Assembly (NCBI GenBank): GCA_964402785.1
Contig: CAYODQ010000004.1
Coordinates: forward strand, 159 to 64,158
Reading direction: 5' to 3'
Origin: an uncultured Planctomycetia bacterium
Lineage (GTDB): Bacteria > Omnitrophota > Gorgyraeia > 2-02-FULL-51-18
DNA: 64,000 nucleotides
Part shown: piece after piece, positions 39,455-48,279 of the stretch
Numbering within the stretch: the first letter of the stretch is position 1
Layout: the number at the start of each line of letters is the position of its first letter
Notes under the pieces: model-generated
Databases searched by the model: none
Told to the model about the DNA's origin: nothing
Seen by the model: only the letters and a program-made list of their open reading frames with translations
Made by a program: the position numbers and the translations under genes

Positions 39455-40164
39455 AGGTTTTGGTGGTGGGTGGCAGTGGCGGGATAGGCGCAGCTATTGT
39501 TGAGCAGCTATGCGCCGAGGGTAACGAAGTTTGGTTTACGTACCGATCCGGACGGGCTAAAGCGCAGGCTTTGGAGGCTAAAACGCAGGCAAAAAAGATC
39601 GAGTTTGATTCCAACTCCCAGGACTCATTGGATCGTCTGTCGGGGTGGTTGGGGGCAGCAATGCTGGATGGGCTGGTCTATTCAGCAGCCGAAAAATTTG
39701 AGAGAGAGACGCTTTTTAAAATGCAAACAGAGCCTTTTTTGGCCTACATCGATAAAAGCCTTCGCGGCTATTACGCGATCTCGCAAGCGTTCGCTTGCGC
39801 TCTTAAGGGCCGAAAATCACCGGGAGCCGTTGTAAATATCCTGTCCTCTGTTGTGACGGGTTTGCCTCCAGCCAAGCAGGCAAGTTATGTGACATCCAAG
39901 TATGCGCTTTTGGGGCTCATGCGCTGTCAGGCTATCGAGTTTGGGCCGTACCATGTTCGGGTCAACGCCGTGTCTCCCGGGATGGTTCGTACCGATTTTA
40001 ATTCGGATCTTCCAGATCGTTTCATCGAGATCTATGTCGAGTCTTTACCGATGAAGCGCCTTGTTTTGCCTGAAGATGTTGCTAAAGCAGCTTGCTATCT
40101 TTTATCGCCGGAAGCTTCGTTTATCACGGGCATCCAAGTACCTGTGACAGGTGGTGCGGCATGA
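39451..40164 (+). CDS. SDR-family oxidoreductase (ketoreductase-like)
   Basis: 'VLVVGGSGGIGAAIVEQL' Rossmann motif and 'YVTSKYAL' YxxxK. Confidence 0.75.
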   Translation: MKVLVVGGSGGIGAAIVEQLCAEGNEVWFTYRSGRAKAQALEAKTQAKKIEFDSNSQDSLDRLSGWLGAAMLDGLVYSAAEKFERETLFKMQTEPFLAYIDKSLRGYYAISQAFACALKGRKSPGAVVNILSSVVTGLPPAKQASYVTSKYALLGLMRCQAIEFGPYHVRVNAVSPGMVRTDFNSDLPDRFIEIYVESLPMKRLVLPEDVAKAACYLLSPEASFITGIQVPVTGGAA

Positions 40165-41948
40165 TGAAATACGGCTTAGAGGAACTAGACTATATGCGCC
40201 TTTGCAGGGAAGCAAAGAGGATCCCGCCGCAGGAAGGTGCTAAAAAATTAAAAATAGCCGTGATGGCGGATTTTTCTTCCCAACAATTGACGCTTGTCTT
40301 AAAGGCTCTCTGCCACAAAAGCGGGCTTGCAGCCGAGATCTTGGAAGCCGAGTTTGATTCCATAGATCATATGATCTTGGCCCAAGACTCAGCGTTGGAG
40401 GCTTTTTTGCCGGATCATATCGTGTTGCTCGAATCCACGCAGGCGCTGAGAAACCGATACGGCTCGTTTAAAGGCTCGGCGCAGGAATTTGCTTCTGAAA
40501 AGATACAAGAGTTGGAAAGGCGCTGGAATAAGATACGGCAGAAATACCCAAAGGCTACGATCCTTCAAACGAATTATGTTTTGCCGTACGAAAGGCCGTT
40601 TGGAAACTACGGAAATAGGGTTTCGGGATCTTTTTTGTCATCGGTTCAGCATATCAATGAGGCGGTCTCAAAAGGTAGTGTTTCGGGAGCTAATATTTTC
40701 AGGCTTGATATCGAGTCGCTCGCATCTTATGTAGGCAAAAAAACTTGGTTCGATGAGCGGCTATGGTCGTTGTATAAATACCCTTGTGCTCTTGAATTTC
40801 TTCCATTCATCGCACAATCGATTGTGGATGTGGCCGTGGCGCTTCAGGGCGGCGGCATCAAATGTGTCATACTGGATCTGGACAATACACTGTGGGGTGG
40901 TATTGTCGGAGATGACGGCGTGGATGGGATACAGCTGAGCCATGGCGAAGAAGGGGAGGCTTTCCTTCTCTTCCAATCGTTCCTTTTGGATCTTAAAAAA
41001 CGCGGTGTTCTTTTGGCTGCTTGCAGCAAAAATGATCCGGAGAACGCAAAGCTTCCTTTTACTCAGCGCCCGGAGATGATTCTTAAGCTGGATGATTTTG
41101 CGGTGTTCGTTGCCAATTGGGAGGATAAGCCCGGAAATATTCGGTTGATCCAGGAAACGCTCAATATAGGTTTTGATTCATTGCTGTTCTTGGATGACAG
41201 CGCTTTTGAGCGCAATTTTGTGCGTCAGGCATTACCCGATGTTGTGGTGCCTGAGATGCCGGAGGATCCGGCACAATTCGTTAAGTTTCTCACTGAACTG
41301 AATTTATTTGAAGTTGCATCGCACTCGGAGGCTGATTCTTCGCGTACCCAGATGTATCAAGAGGAGTTCCAACGCAAACAACTCAAGACAAGCTTTGAGG
41401 ATCATGATGATTATTTAAGATCGTTGGATATGAAGATACGGCTTGAGCGCTGTACATTACACCATTTACCGCGCATGGCGCAACTTTTGCAAAGAAGCAA
41501 TCAATTCAACCTTTTGACCCGCCGGTTCACTGAAGCGCAGTGCGAAAGTTTTATGAATGATGAGCGCGGAGTGCTGCCTTTGTGTGTTACGCTGCAGGAT
41601 AAATTCGGGGACTACGGGATGATCTCGAGTGTCGTTGTTTCCTGGGGCCAGCGCGAAGCAGCCATCGAGGAATGGGTGATGAGCTGCCGTGTTCTTTTTC
41701 GGGGCGTCGAGCAGTGCATCATGAATCATGTTGTCGAACAGGCCAAGTCCAGAGGATTTAAGCGGCTCTTGGGCCGCTACATTCCTACGGATAAAAATAA
41801 AATGGTAAAAGACTTCTATTTAGGTTTTGGTTTTGAGCCAAATGGCGCAGCTGCAAATGATGGCAGTCAGCAATGGACGCTGGATCTTGCTCATTATCAG
41901 CCCAAAAAAGTTTGGATGGAGGAAATATCACTCGCTCAGAAAGCATGA
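40161..41948 (+). CDS. FkbH-like HAD-IIIC family protein (putative ACP-loading glyceryl transferase/phosphatase)
   Basis: HAD motif I 'VILDLDNTLWGG' in the middle of the protein, an N-terminal ~230-aa accessory domain and a C-terminal GNAT-like domain. The architecture and ~600-aa size match FkbH/HAD-IIIC proteins. Confidence 0.65.
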   Translation: MMKYGLEELDYMRLCREAKRIPPQEGAKKLKIAVMADFSSQQLTLVLKALCHKSGLAAEILEAEFDSIDHMILAQDSALEAFLPDHIVLLESTQALRNRYGSFKGSAQEFASEKIQELERRWNKIRQKYPKATILQTNYVLPYERPFGNYGNRVSGSFLSSVQHINEAVSKGSVSGANIFRLDIESLASYVGKKTWFDERLWSLYKYPCALEFLPFIAQSIVDVAVALQGGGIKCVILDLDNTLWGGIVGDDGVDGIQLSHGEEGEAFLLFQSFLLDLKKRGVLLAACSKNDPENAKLPFTQRPEMILKLDDFAVFVANWEDKPGNIRLIQETLNIGFDSLLFLDDSAFERNFVRQALPDVVVPEMPEDPAQFVKFLTELNLFEVASHSEADSSRTQMYQEEFQRKQLKTSFEDHDDYLRSLDMKIRLERCTLHHLPRMAQLLQRSNQFNLLTRRFTEAQCESFMNDERGVLPLCVTLQDKFGDYGMISSVVVSWGQREAAIEEWVMSCRVLFRGVEQCIMNHVVEQAKSRGFKRLLGRYIPTDKNKMVKDFYLGFGFEPNGAAANDGSQQWTLDLAHYQPKKVWMEEISLAQKA

Positions 41949-42835
41949 TCCAGAGATTATCCAATATGGCTCAAGAGAAGACGCCTTTCTTTTCTGATGT
42001 GTGGAAGCGGCAAGAGGAGGAGTTTGGGCATGCATGGGCCAAGGATCTTTCAGAGAATATTTCAAGCCTGCTTGGCCGGGAGAGCGATGAGAGCTGGGAG
42101 AACATGCTCTTTGGATATGCTGATTTTTCAATGGAGGCCGTGCGGCATCAAAAGTATTTTGAGGAGCATCGCGAATACCAGAAGCTTTCTCCCGATCATT
42201 CGCTCCAGGCCTTTTATGATGATGAGAATTTCATGATGACCACCTATTTGCCGGGTTTGTTTCTTTCACATTATTTGTGGCGGCATCATTACCGTTTGCT
42301 CAACTATTTCAGGCAGGAGGTCTTGGCGGGCTTGGTGCCTCCGAAGATGTTCTATGAGATCGGTGTGGGAACGGGGCTTTATTCCTGCGAGACACTGAAG
42401 GCGTTCCCGCATGCAAAAGGCAAGGGCTTTGATATTTCAAGGTATTCGGTGGATTTTACAAAAAAGCTTCTGGATGCCCACAGTTTGTCCGGGCGTTATT
42501 CGTTGGAGATTGCGGATATATTCAAATCCAAGATATCGCCCGATAGCGCTGATTTTTTGATATGCCAGGAAGTGTTGGAGCACTTAGAGGATCCGGCTGC
42601 GCTTTGCCGTGTTTTACTGAAGATAACAAAGCCCGGTTCAAAGGCGTATATCACGGCGGCGCTCAACGCAGCTCACACGGATCATATTTATCTTTTTCGT
42701 ACTCCCTCTGAAGTGGAAGCAATGCTGCGTGGAGCGGGCTGGGACATCCTGGGATCGCGTTCAGAGTTGGCGTATGACGGGAAGCCGGCAGGCATCACGC
42801 CTTGTGTCGCCGGTTTCCTGTGCAAGAAACCATAA
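41945..42835 (+). CDS. Class I SAM-dependent methyltransferase (possible O-methyltransferase)
   Basis: Motif I 'YEIGVGTGL' and motif II 'ADFLICQEVLEHLEDP'. ATGA-coupled to the FkbH-like gene. Confidence 0.65.
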   Translation: MIQRLSNMAQEKTPFFSDVWKRQEEEFGHAWAKDLSENISSLLGRESDESWENMLFGYADFSMEAVRHQKYFEEHREYQKLSPDHSLQAFYDDENFMMTTYLPGLFLSHYLWRHHYRLLNYFRQEVLAGLVPPKMFYEIGVGTGLYSCETLKAFPHAKGKGFDISRYSVDFTKKLLDAHSLSGRYSLEIADIFKSKISPDSADFLICQEVLEHLEDPAALCRVLLKITKPGSKAYITAALNAAHTDHIYLFRTPSEVEAMLRGAGWDILGSRSELAYDGKPAGITPCVAGFLCKKP

Positions 42836-42857
42836 CGCTTTATTCATAGGAGATAAG

Positions 42858-43109
42858 ATGCCGGAAACCAATGCGCAAGATACAAGATCAAAGCTCAATC
42901 GGGTGTTTCAAGAAGTGTTTGGGGATGACTCCATCCAGATTTCGGATAATATGACCGCGAAGGATATCGATGGTTGGGACTCGCTGACCCATGTGAATCT
43001 GATCGTAGCGGTCGAGAAGCGGTTCAAGATCGCGCTCACCACGAAAGAGGTGGTGTCACTGCGCAATGTGGGTGATTTTTATAATCTGATCTTAAAAAAA
43101 ATCTCTTAA
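42858..43109 (+). CDS. Acyl/peptidyl carrier protein (DltC-like)
   Basis: 83 aa with 'DIDGWDSLTHVNLIVAVEKRF', the DSL phosphopantetheine site. Strong SD AGGAGA 7 nt upstream. Confidence 0.75.
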   Translation: MPETNAQDTRSKLNRVFQEVFGDDSIQISDNMTAKDIDGWDSLTHVNLIVAVEKRFKIALTTKEVVSLRNVGDFYNLILKKIS

Positions 43110-43112
43110 TCA

Positions 43113-44519
43113 ATGCCTTTTAATTCGATCGAGTTTTTTGTGTATTTGTGGCTGTCGCTGGCCGCATTTTATGCAACCCCTCTGCGATTTAGGCGGTATA
43201 CGCTTCTCTTTGCTTGTTATTTATTCTATGCGCTTTGGAACCTTAATTTTTTAGGGCTCCTGATCCTTTCAACAGCAATCGCTTACGGTTTGGCTCGATG
43301 GATGCAGCGAGCGGCGGATGCAGGCCAAAAGCGGATCATTTTGCTCGTCGGACTTGTTTATTTTCTCGGCAGTTTTGTTTTTTTTAAAGGTTTGCCAATT
43401 TGGCGCGGACAGTTTTGTTTTCTATCATCCGTGGTCATGCCTATCGGGCTTTCTTATTATACTTTTCGGCTTACGAGTTACCTGATCGATGTGTACTGGG
43501 AAAAAATAAACCCGGAAAATGAGCTGCTAAGCTTTGCATCGTACGCAGCCTTTTTTCCGCATCTTTTGAGCGGCCCAATTCAAAGATCGAATGAATATTT
43601 TCCTCAGCTCCATATCAATAAAAATGAGCCTAATATTGCACTATGGGCCTCCGGATTGCGCCTTATCCTCTGCGGTCTTTTTAAGAAACTTGTTATTGCG
43701 GATAATATTGGAGTGGTTGTGGATAATGTTTTTGGCCATGCTTCAATGTATAACTCAACGGCACTCTGGATAGCTGTGTACGCTTTTTATATCCAAATAT
43801 ACGCCGATTTTTCGGGGCTAGCCAATATCGCGATCGGTGCTGGTCAGTTGTTCGGAATTGATTCGCCGCCCAATTTTAATGCGCCTTATATGGCCAAGAA
43901 TGTGCAAGATTTCTGGAGGCGCTGGCATATGACGCTATGCCGATGGATTAATGATTATTTGTTTTTACCATTAAGAATGTTTTTGAGGGGTCAGGGAAAT
44001 GCTGGGTTAGTTTTGAGTGTTTTTATCAGCATGTTGGCTATAAGTCTTTGGCATGATGTTTCGTCGGGTTTTATTGCGTTTGGTATCATCCAGGGAACGC
44101 TGATTAGTATTTCTACTTTTAGCATGAGGCCGCGCGACGACTTTTTTAAGTGTCATAAAAGCTTGGCTCGTCTGCGTTCCATTGCAGGCGTATTCATTAC
44201 GTTTCATTTAATGGTATTTTCTTTTATTTTTTTTCGCTCGACTACCGCTGCGGCTGGATTTGATTATATACGCGGCTTATTTGCGGGATCGTTCAAATTC
44301 ACCGGGCTTGGGATGGGTTTAGGGCCCAAAGCTTTGATGGGATGTTTCTTGGCGTTGATTTTGGCCGAATTATTTGAATACTCACTCAAGACTCGAGGCC
44401 GGTGGGGTTTTGAACGCTTGCCTCAAGCGTCCCGATGGGGTGTCTATTATGGGATGATGGGTGCCTTTTTATGGTTTGGTCGATTTTGGCCCAAAGAATT
44501 TATATATTTTAAATTTTGA
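43113..44519 (+). CDS. MBOAT-family membrane-bound O-acyltransferase (DltB/AlgI-like)
   Basis: 'FWRRWHMTLCRWINDYLFLPL' is the conserved MBOAT His region, with about 10-11 TM helices. Confidence 0.8.
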   Translation: MPFNSIEFFVYLWLSLAAFYATPLRFRRYTLLFACYLFYALWNLNFLGLLILSTAIAYGLARWMQRAADAGQKRIILLVGLVYFLGSFVFFKGLPIWRGQFCFLSSVVMPIGLSYYTFRLTSYLIDVYWEKINPENELLSFASYAAFFPHLLSGPIQRSNEYFPQLHINKNEPNIALWASGLRLILCGLFKKLVIADNIGVVVDNVFGHASMYNSTALWIAVYAFYIQIYADFSGLANIAIGAGQLFGIDSPPNFNAPYMAKNVQDFWRRWHMTLCRWINDYLFLPLRMFLRGQGNAGLVLSVFISMLAISLWHDVSSGFIAFGIIQGTLISISTFSMRPRDDFFKCHKSLARLRSIAGVFITFHLMVFSFIFFRSTTAAAGFDYIRGLFAGSFKFTGLGMGLGPKALMGCFLALILAELFEYSLKTRGRWGFERLPQASRWGVYYGMMGAFLWFGRFWPKEFIYFKF

Positions 44520-45556
44520 TGATCAGACGCTTCATTAAATATTTTGGTTTCAGAATGGCGATATTTTTTTTACCTATCGCTCTGCTAATGTCTTTCCCAG
44601 CCTGGGTTCTTTGGGTTTCGGGAGAGTGGACTCCCATGGATAAAGTTGTGCAAGCACAGCAAGTATTAAAAGTGCCTTTGAGAGTGGGTTTGGCGTATAG
44701 CAACCCAGCCAAATATTACAAACTCAAGTCGCTTATGGCCAGAAATGCCGAAATCGTTGCTTTTGGGAGCTCTCACTTGATGGCGTTTCGCGAAAATTTT
44801 TTTACTCCCCGCACTTTTTACAATGCAGCTGTGGGCGGATCCCGTCTTAATGATTTTGAGAAATTCATCTCACATGTGCCGATAGATTGCCAGCCCAAGA
44901 TCTTGATCGTGGGGTTGGATCCTTTTTTTGCCAAACCTGATTTTGATTGGTCCCAAAAGGAAGAAGATCGCTTCGACCGTCGAGCGGGGCCGCTGGATGC
45001 TATTCGCATCCTGGGAACTTCCTGGAAAAGTGTTTACAAGGATCTTTTCTTGGGCAAGTTTTCCGCGAGTCAACTATTGGCCGCGAATGATATGGACGAT
45101 AAGCCCATAGGTCTCGAGGCGGTTGTGAAAGGAAGTGGATTTTTGAATGACGGGGCTTATTTCCATAATAAGCCCGCATCCGCAGCCGAAGGTGAGGCGC
45201 CCGACCGTTCCAATTTAAAAGACGGGGAAACGTACGACGAAGTCGGGATAAACATGTTGGATCGTTTTTTGCAGATATGCCATGACCGCAACCTACGTGT
45301 GATCGGTATCTTGCCGCCCGTGCGTGAGCGCGTATACGATCAGCTAAACTCATCCGGATATTTATATTGGAAGGAGCTACCTAAAAAACTTGAACCCTTT
45401 TTTAAAAGTAGGGGTTTTTCGATATATGATTTTTCAAGCCCATCTTTTTATGGCGGAAATGACGCGGAATTCTATGACGATTTTCATGCTGCCGAAGACG
45501 CATATAGACGCGTTGCAGATAAGATTATCGAGTTAGAACAGCTTTCCAAGCCCTAA
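44516..45556 (+). CDS. DltD/AlgJ-like SGNH-fold acyltransferase partner
   Basis: N-terminal TM anchor, 'VAFGSSHLMAF' (Ser nucleophile block) and 'DDFHAAE' (DxxH catalytic block). Confidence 0.55.
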   Translation: MMIRRFIKYFGFRMAIFFLPIALLMSFPAWVLWVSGEWTPMDKVVQAQQVLKVPLRVGLAYSNPAKYYKLKSLMARNAEIVAFGSSHLMAFRENFFTPRTFYNAAVGGSRLNDFEKFISHVPIDCQPKILIVGLDPFFAKPDFDWSQKEEDRFDRRAGPLDAIRILGTSWKSVYKDLFLGKFSASQLLAANDMDDKPIGLEAVVKGSGFLNDGAYFHNKPASAAEGEAPDRSNLKDGETYDEVGINMLDRFLQICHDRNLRVIGILPPVRERVYDQLNSSGYLYWKELPKKLEPFFKSRGFSIYDFSSPSFYGGNDAEFYDDFHAAEDAYRRVADKIIELEQLSKP

Positions 45557-45610
45557 CCTCTTTGCTATCATAAAGTAGATTCCGTAACTATATATTTAAA
45601 AAGGACTTAG

Positions 45611-47239
45611 ATGACTAAGCGCGCCTTATTTTCGGTTGTTTTGCTTTTGGCCGCTTTATTTGGTCAGATTTTTTTTTCCATGCAAAAAAAAGCCCCCACT
45701 TGTGATGAGTTTGCCCATCATACAGCCAGCGGCTTCTCACACTTGGTGACTCGGGATTTCCGGATGAATCCTGCTGCTCCGCCTCTGCCCAGGCTTCTAT
45801 CGGCGATACCTTTGTATTTTTTGGGTGTAAAGGCACCGCTGGACGATGTGTCTTGGGAACAGGGTGATAGTCCGGCGTTTGCTCAAAAATTTTTCTATCA
45901 AGAAGGTTTTACCCAGGATGAGATCATTTTTTGGGCGCGATTGCCCATATTGCTACTTTCTCTGGTTTTTGGTTTTTTTGTGTATCGATGGTCATCCGAG
46001 CTGTTTGGCTTTGTCGGCGGAATAGCCTCTTTGGTTTTATTTGCATTTTGTCCGGACATTCTTGCACACTCAGGGCTTGCAACGTCTGACCTATCCGTCG
46101 CCTTCTTTTTTTATATGACGATTTGGCGGTTTTGGAAATATTTGGATAAGCAAAACGCCAAGAATTTGGTTTTGGCCGGGGTGATGGCCGGACTAGCGTT
46201 TCTTTCTAAATTCTCGGCTATCCTTATTTTCCCCACACTGATATTGGTTGCCGCTCTTAGTCGCTCATGGAAAAAATTGTCGATCGGGAAGATCGCGATG
46301 TTTATTGCCGTGTGTTTGTTTGTCGTGTGGGCGGGCTATGGTTTTGAGATAAAACCTCTTCTAGAGAATACTCCAGACCCACCAAAAAAAATTGCCGTGT
46401 ATCGCCAAATTGGGGGAGAGAATTTGGTGCATTTTGCTGAAAAGGTTCCTGTGCCGCTGTCCACATTTGTATCCGCCTTTAGCAGTATGATGTTCACGCG
46501 AGCCAAAGGGACAAATGCATTTTTTATGGGCGAGTGGTCCCATGGAACCAAAAGTTTTTGGCAATATTATTTTGTCGCTTTTGTGATCAAGAATACAATT
46601 CCATTTTTGATTCTGATCTTATTTTCTTTTTTTACGATGCGTTCGCTGAGTATAGATAAGGTGACACAGGCAGCGCTTTTAACTCCTGTTGCTTTTTTGT
46701 TTTTGGTGACGACGGGTGACAAAGCTCAGGCGGGTATCCGCTATTTCCTGCCCATCTATCCGCTGCTGTTCGTGTTGTGTGGGGGTTGTGTAGCCTGGCT
46801 GTGGAAAAATAAAAAGATCATGCGCTGGCTCGCTGTTGCGTTGCTATTTTGGCACGCCTATGAGGCAATTCGAATTTATCCAGATTATTTATCCCATTTT
46901 AATCAGCTGATCGGTGGCCCTGATCAAGGTCATCGTTATTTGCGAGATTCGAATATTGATTGGGGTCAGGATTTGAAGGGTGTGGCCGAGTGGGCACATG
47001 AGAATCATCACGGTGAAATTACTTTGGTGACCATATCTCCTGTGGATATGAAAAAGGCTTATGGTGTTGAATGGCGACTCATGGCTCCCGAGGAAAACCT
47101 CCAGCCCGGGCCGTATGTTTATGCGCTGGGGCTACATAATTTTGATACAGCAAAATGGACGCAGCATATCAAACCCGATAAAATCGTAGGTCACTCGGTC
47201 TGGATATACGATTTTACAAAAAAAGGAGATCTGGTTTGA
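45611..47239 (+). CDS. GT-C glycosyltransferase, PMT/ArnT (GT39/GT83)-like
   Basis: N-terminal 'CDEFAH' DE motif in the first loop and a multi-TM PMT_2-like architecture. Confidence 0.7.
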   Translation: MTKRALFSVVLLLAALFGQIFFSMQKKAPTCDEFAHHTASGFSHLVTRDFRMNPAAPPLPRLLSAIPLYFLGVKAPLDDVSWEQGDSPAFAQKFFYQEGFTQDEIIFWARLPILLLSLVFGFFVYRWSSELFGFVGGIASLVLFAFCPDILAHSGLATSDLSVAFFFYMTIWRFWKYLDKQNAKNLVLAGVMAGLAFLSKFSAILIFPTLILVAALSRSWKKLSIGKIAMFIAVCLFVVWAGYGFEIKPLLENTPDPPKKIAVYRQIGGENLVHFAEKVPVPLSTFVSAFSSMMFTRAKGTNAFFMGEWSHGTKSFWQYYFVAFVIKNTIPFLILILFSFFTMRSLSIDKVTQAALLTPVAFLFLVTTGDKAQAGIRYFLPIYPLLFVLCGGCVAWLWKNKKIMRWLAVALLFWHAYEAIRIYPDYLSHFNQLIGGPDQGHRYLRDSNIDWGQDLKGVAEWAHENHHGEITLVTISPVDMKKAYGVEWRLMAPEENLQPGPYVYALGLHNFDTAKWTQHIKPDKIVGHSVWIYDFTKKGDLV

Positions 47240-48279
47240 GTCAGCTTGGGATCGGGATCATTGGCGGGGGATTTGGGGTTCGGGCTCATTTGCCGGCATT
47301 TCGAGCGGATAAGCGGTGCAAGATCCAAGCGATAGCGCTAAGCTCCAGCTCCAAAGCTGCGCGTGTTGCCAAAGCTTATAAGATCCCTAAAAGTTATGGA
47401 TCCTGGAAAAGCTTGATCGAAGACACGGGTATCCATGCGATCAGCCTTGCGGTGCCTGCCGTTTTACAGCCGGATATCATCGAGTACGCGATCAAACATC
47501 AAAAGCCATTTTTTATTGAAAAGCCTTTGGCTGTCGATTTGGCGACGGCTCGTGAAATATCCAAAAAAGTTCTCTTGTCTAAACTCCCGCATGTGATTGA
47601 TTTTGAATTGCCACAAACATCGGCTTGGAGCAAGGCTAAGGCATTGATAGAGGCCGGCAAGCTGGGTCAAGTGCGACATGTGCTTTTAAATTGGCAACTC
47701 ATCACAGCTGCTAATAAAGAGGGCCAGCGTTCTTGGAAGACGGAGTCTGCTCAGGGCGGGGGGGCGCTTAATCTTTTTGCGAGTCATTCATTTCATTATT
47801 TAGAATGGCTTCTGGGGCCCATTGATGCGGTGAATGCGCGCTTACTCAAGGGCGCGGGGATTGTCGGTGACCAAGAAACACTTTGTGCGATACGCGTCCG
47901 ATTTAAAAAAGGGTTTTATGGAAATTTGACGGTGGCGGGTCATTGTCTTCATGGCAGCGGTCATCGTTTGGAAATATATGGTGATCGCGGGACACTTGTA
48001 CTTGCCAATAGCGTCGCGGGTGCGCTCGATCAGTTTCAGCTTTTCTTTGGATCGATAAATGACAGAGGGTTAAAGCGTATCCATACGACCCTAGCTCGAA
48101 AGCCTAAGAATGCTCGCGGTCGGATAGGTGCGGTGAGTGCTCTTGTGACCGCATTTGTATCGGCCGTCATAAAGAGGGGGCAAGTCAAGCCGGATATTCA
48201 AGATGCCTTGCGCGTGCAAGAGCTTTTGGATGCGGTTCGGAGGTCGCATGATGCATCGGGGCAAGCTATTTTTCTATGA
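47236..48279 (+). CDS. Gfo/Idh/MocA-family NAD(P)-dependent oxidoreductase
   Basis: 'GIGIIGGGFGVRAHLPAF' Rossmann N-terminus and 'EKPLA' motif. Confidence 0.75.
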   Translation: MSQLGIGIIGGGFGVRAHLPAFRADKRCKIQAIALSSSSKAARVAKAYKIPKSYGSWKSLIEDTGIHAISLAVPAVLQPDIIEYAIKHQKPFFIEKPLAVDLATAREISKKVLLSKLPHVIDFELPQTSAWSKAKALIEAGKLGQVRHVLLNWQLITAANKEGQRSWKTESAQGGGALNLFASHSFHYLEWLLGPIDAVNARLLKGAGIVGDQETLCAIRVRFKKGFYGNLTVAGHCLHGSGHRLEIYGDRGTLVLANSVAGALDQFQLFFGSINDRGLKRIHTTLARKPKNARGRIGAVSALVTAFVSAVIKRGQVKPDIQDALRVQELLDAVRRSHDASGQAIFL

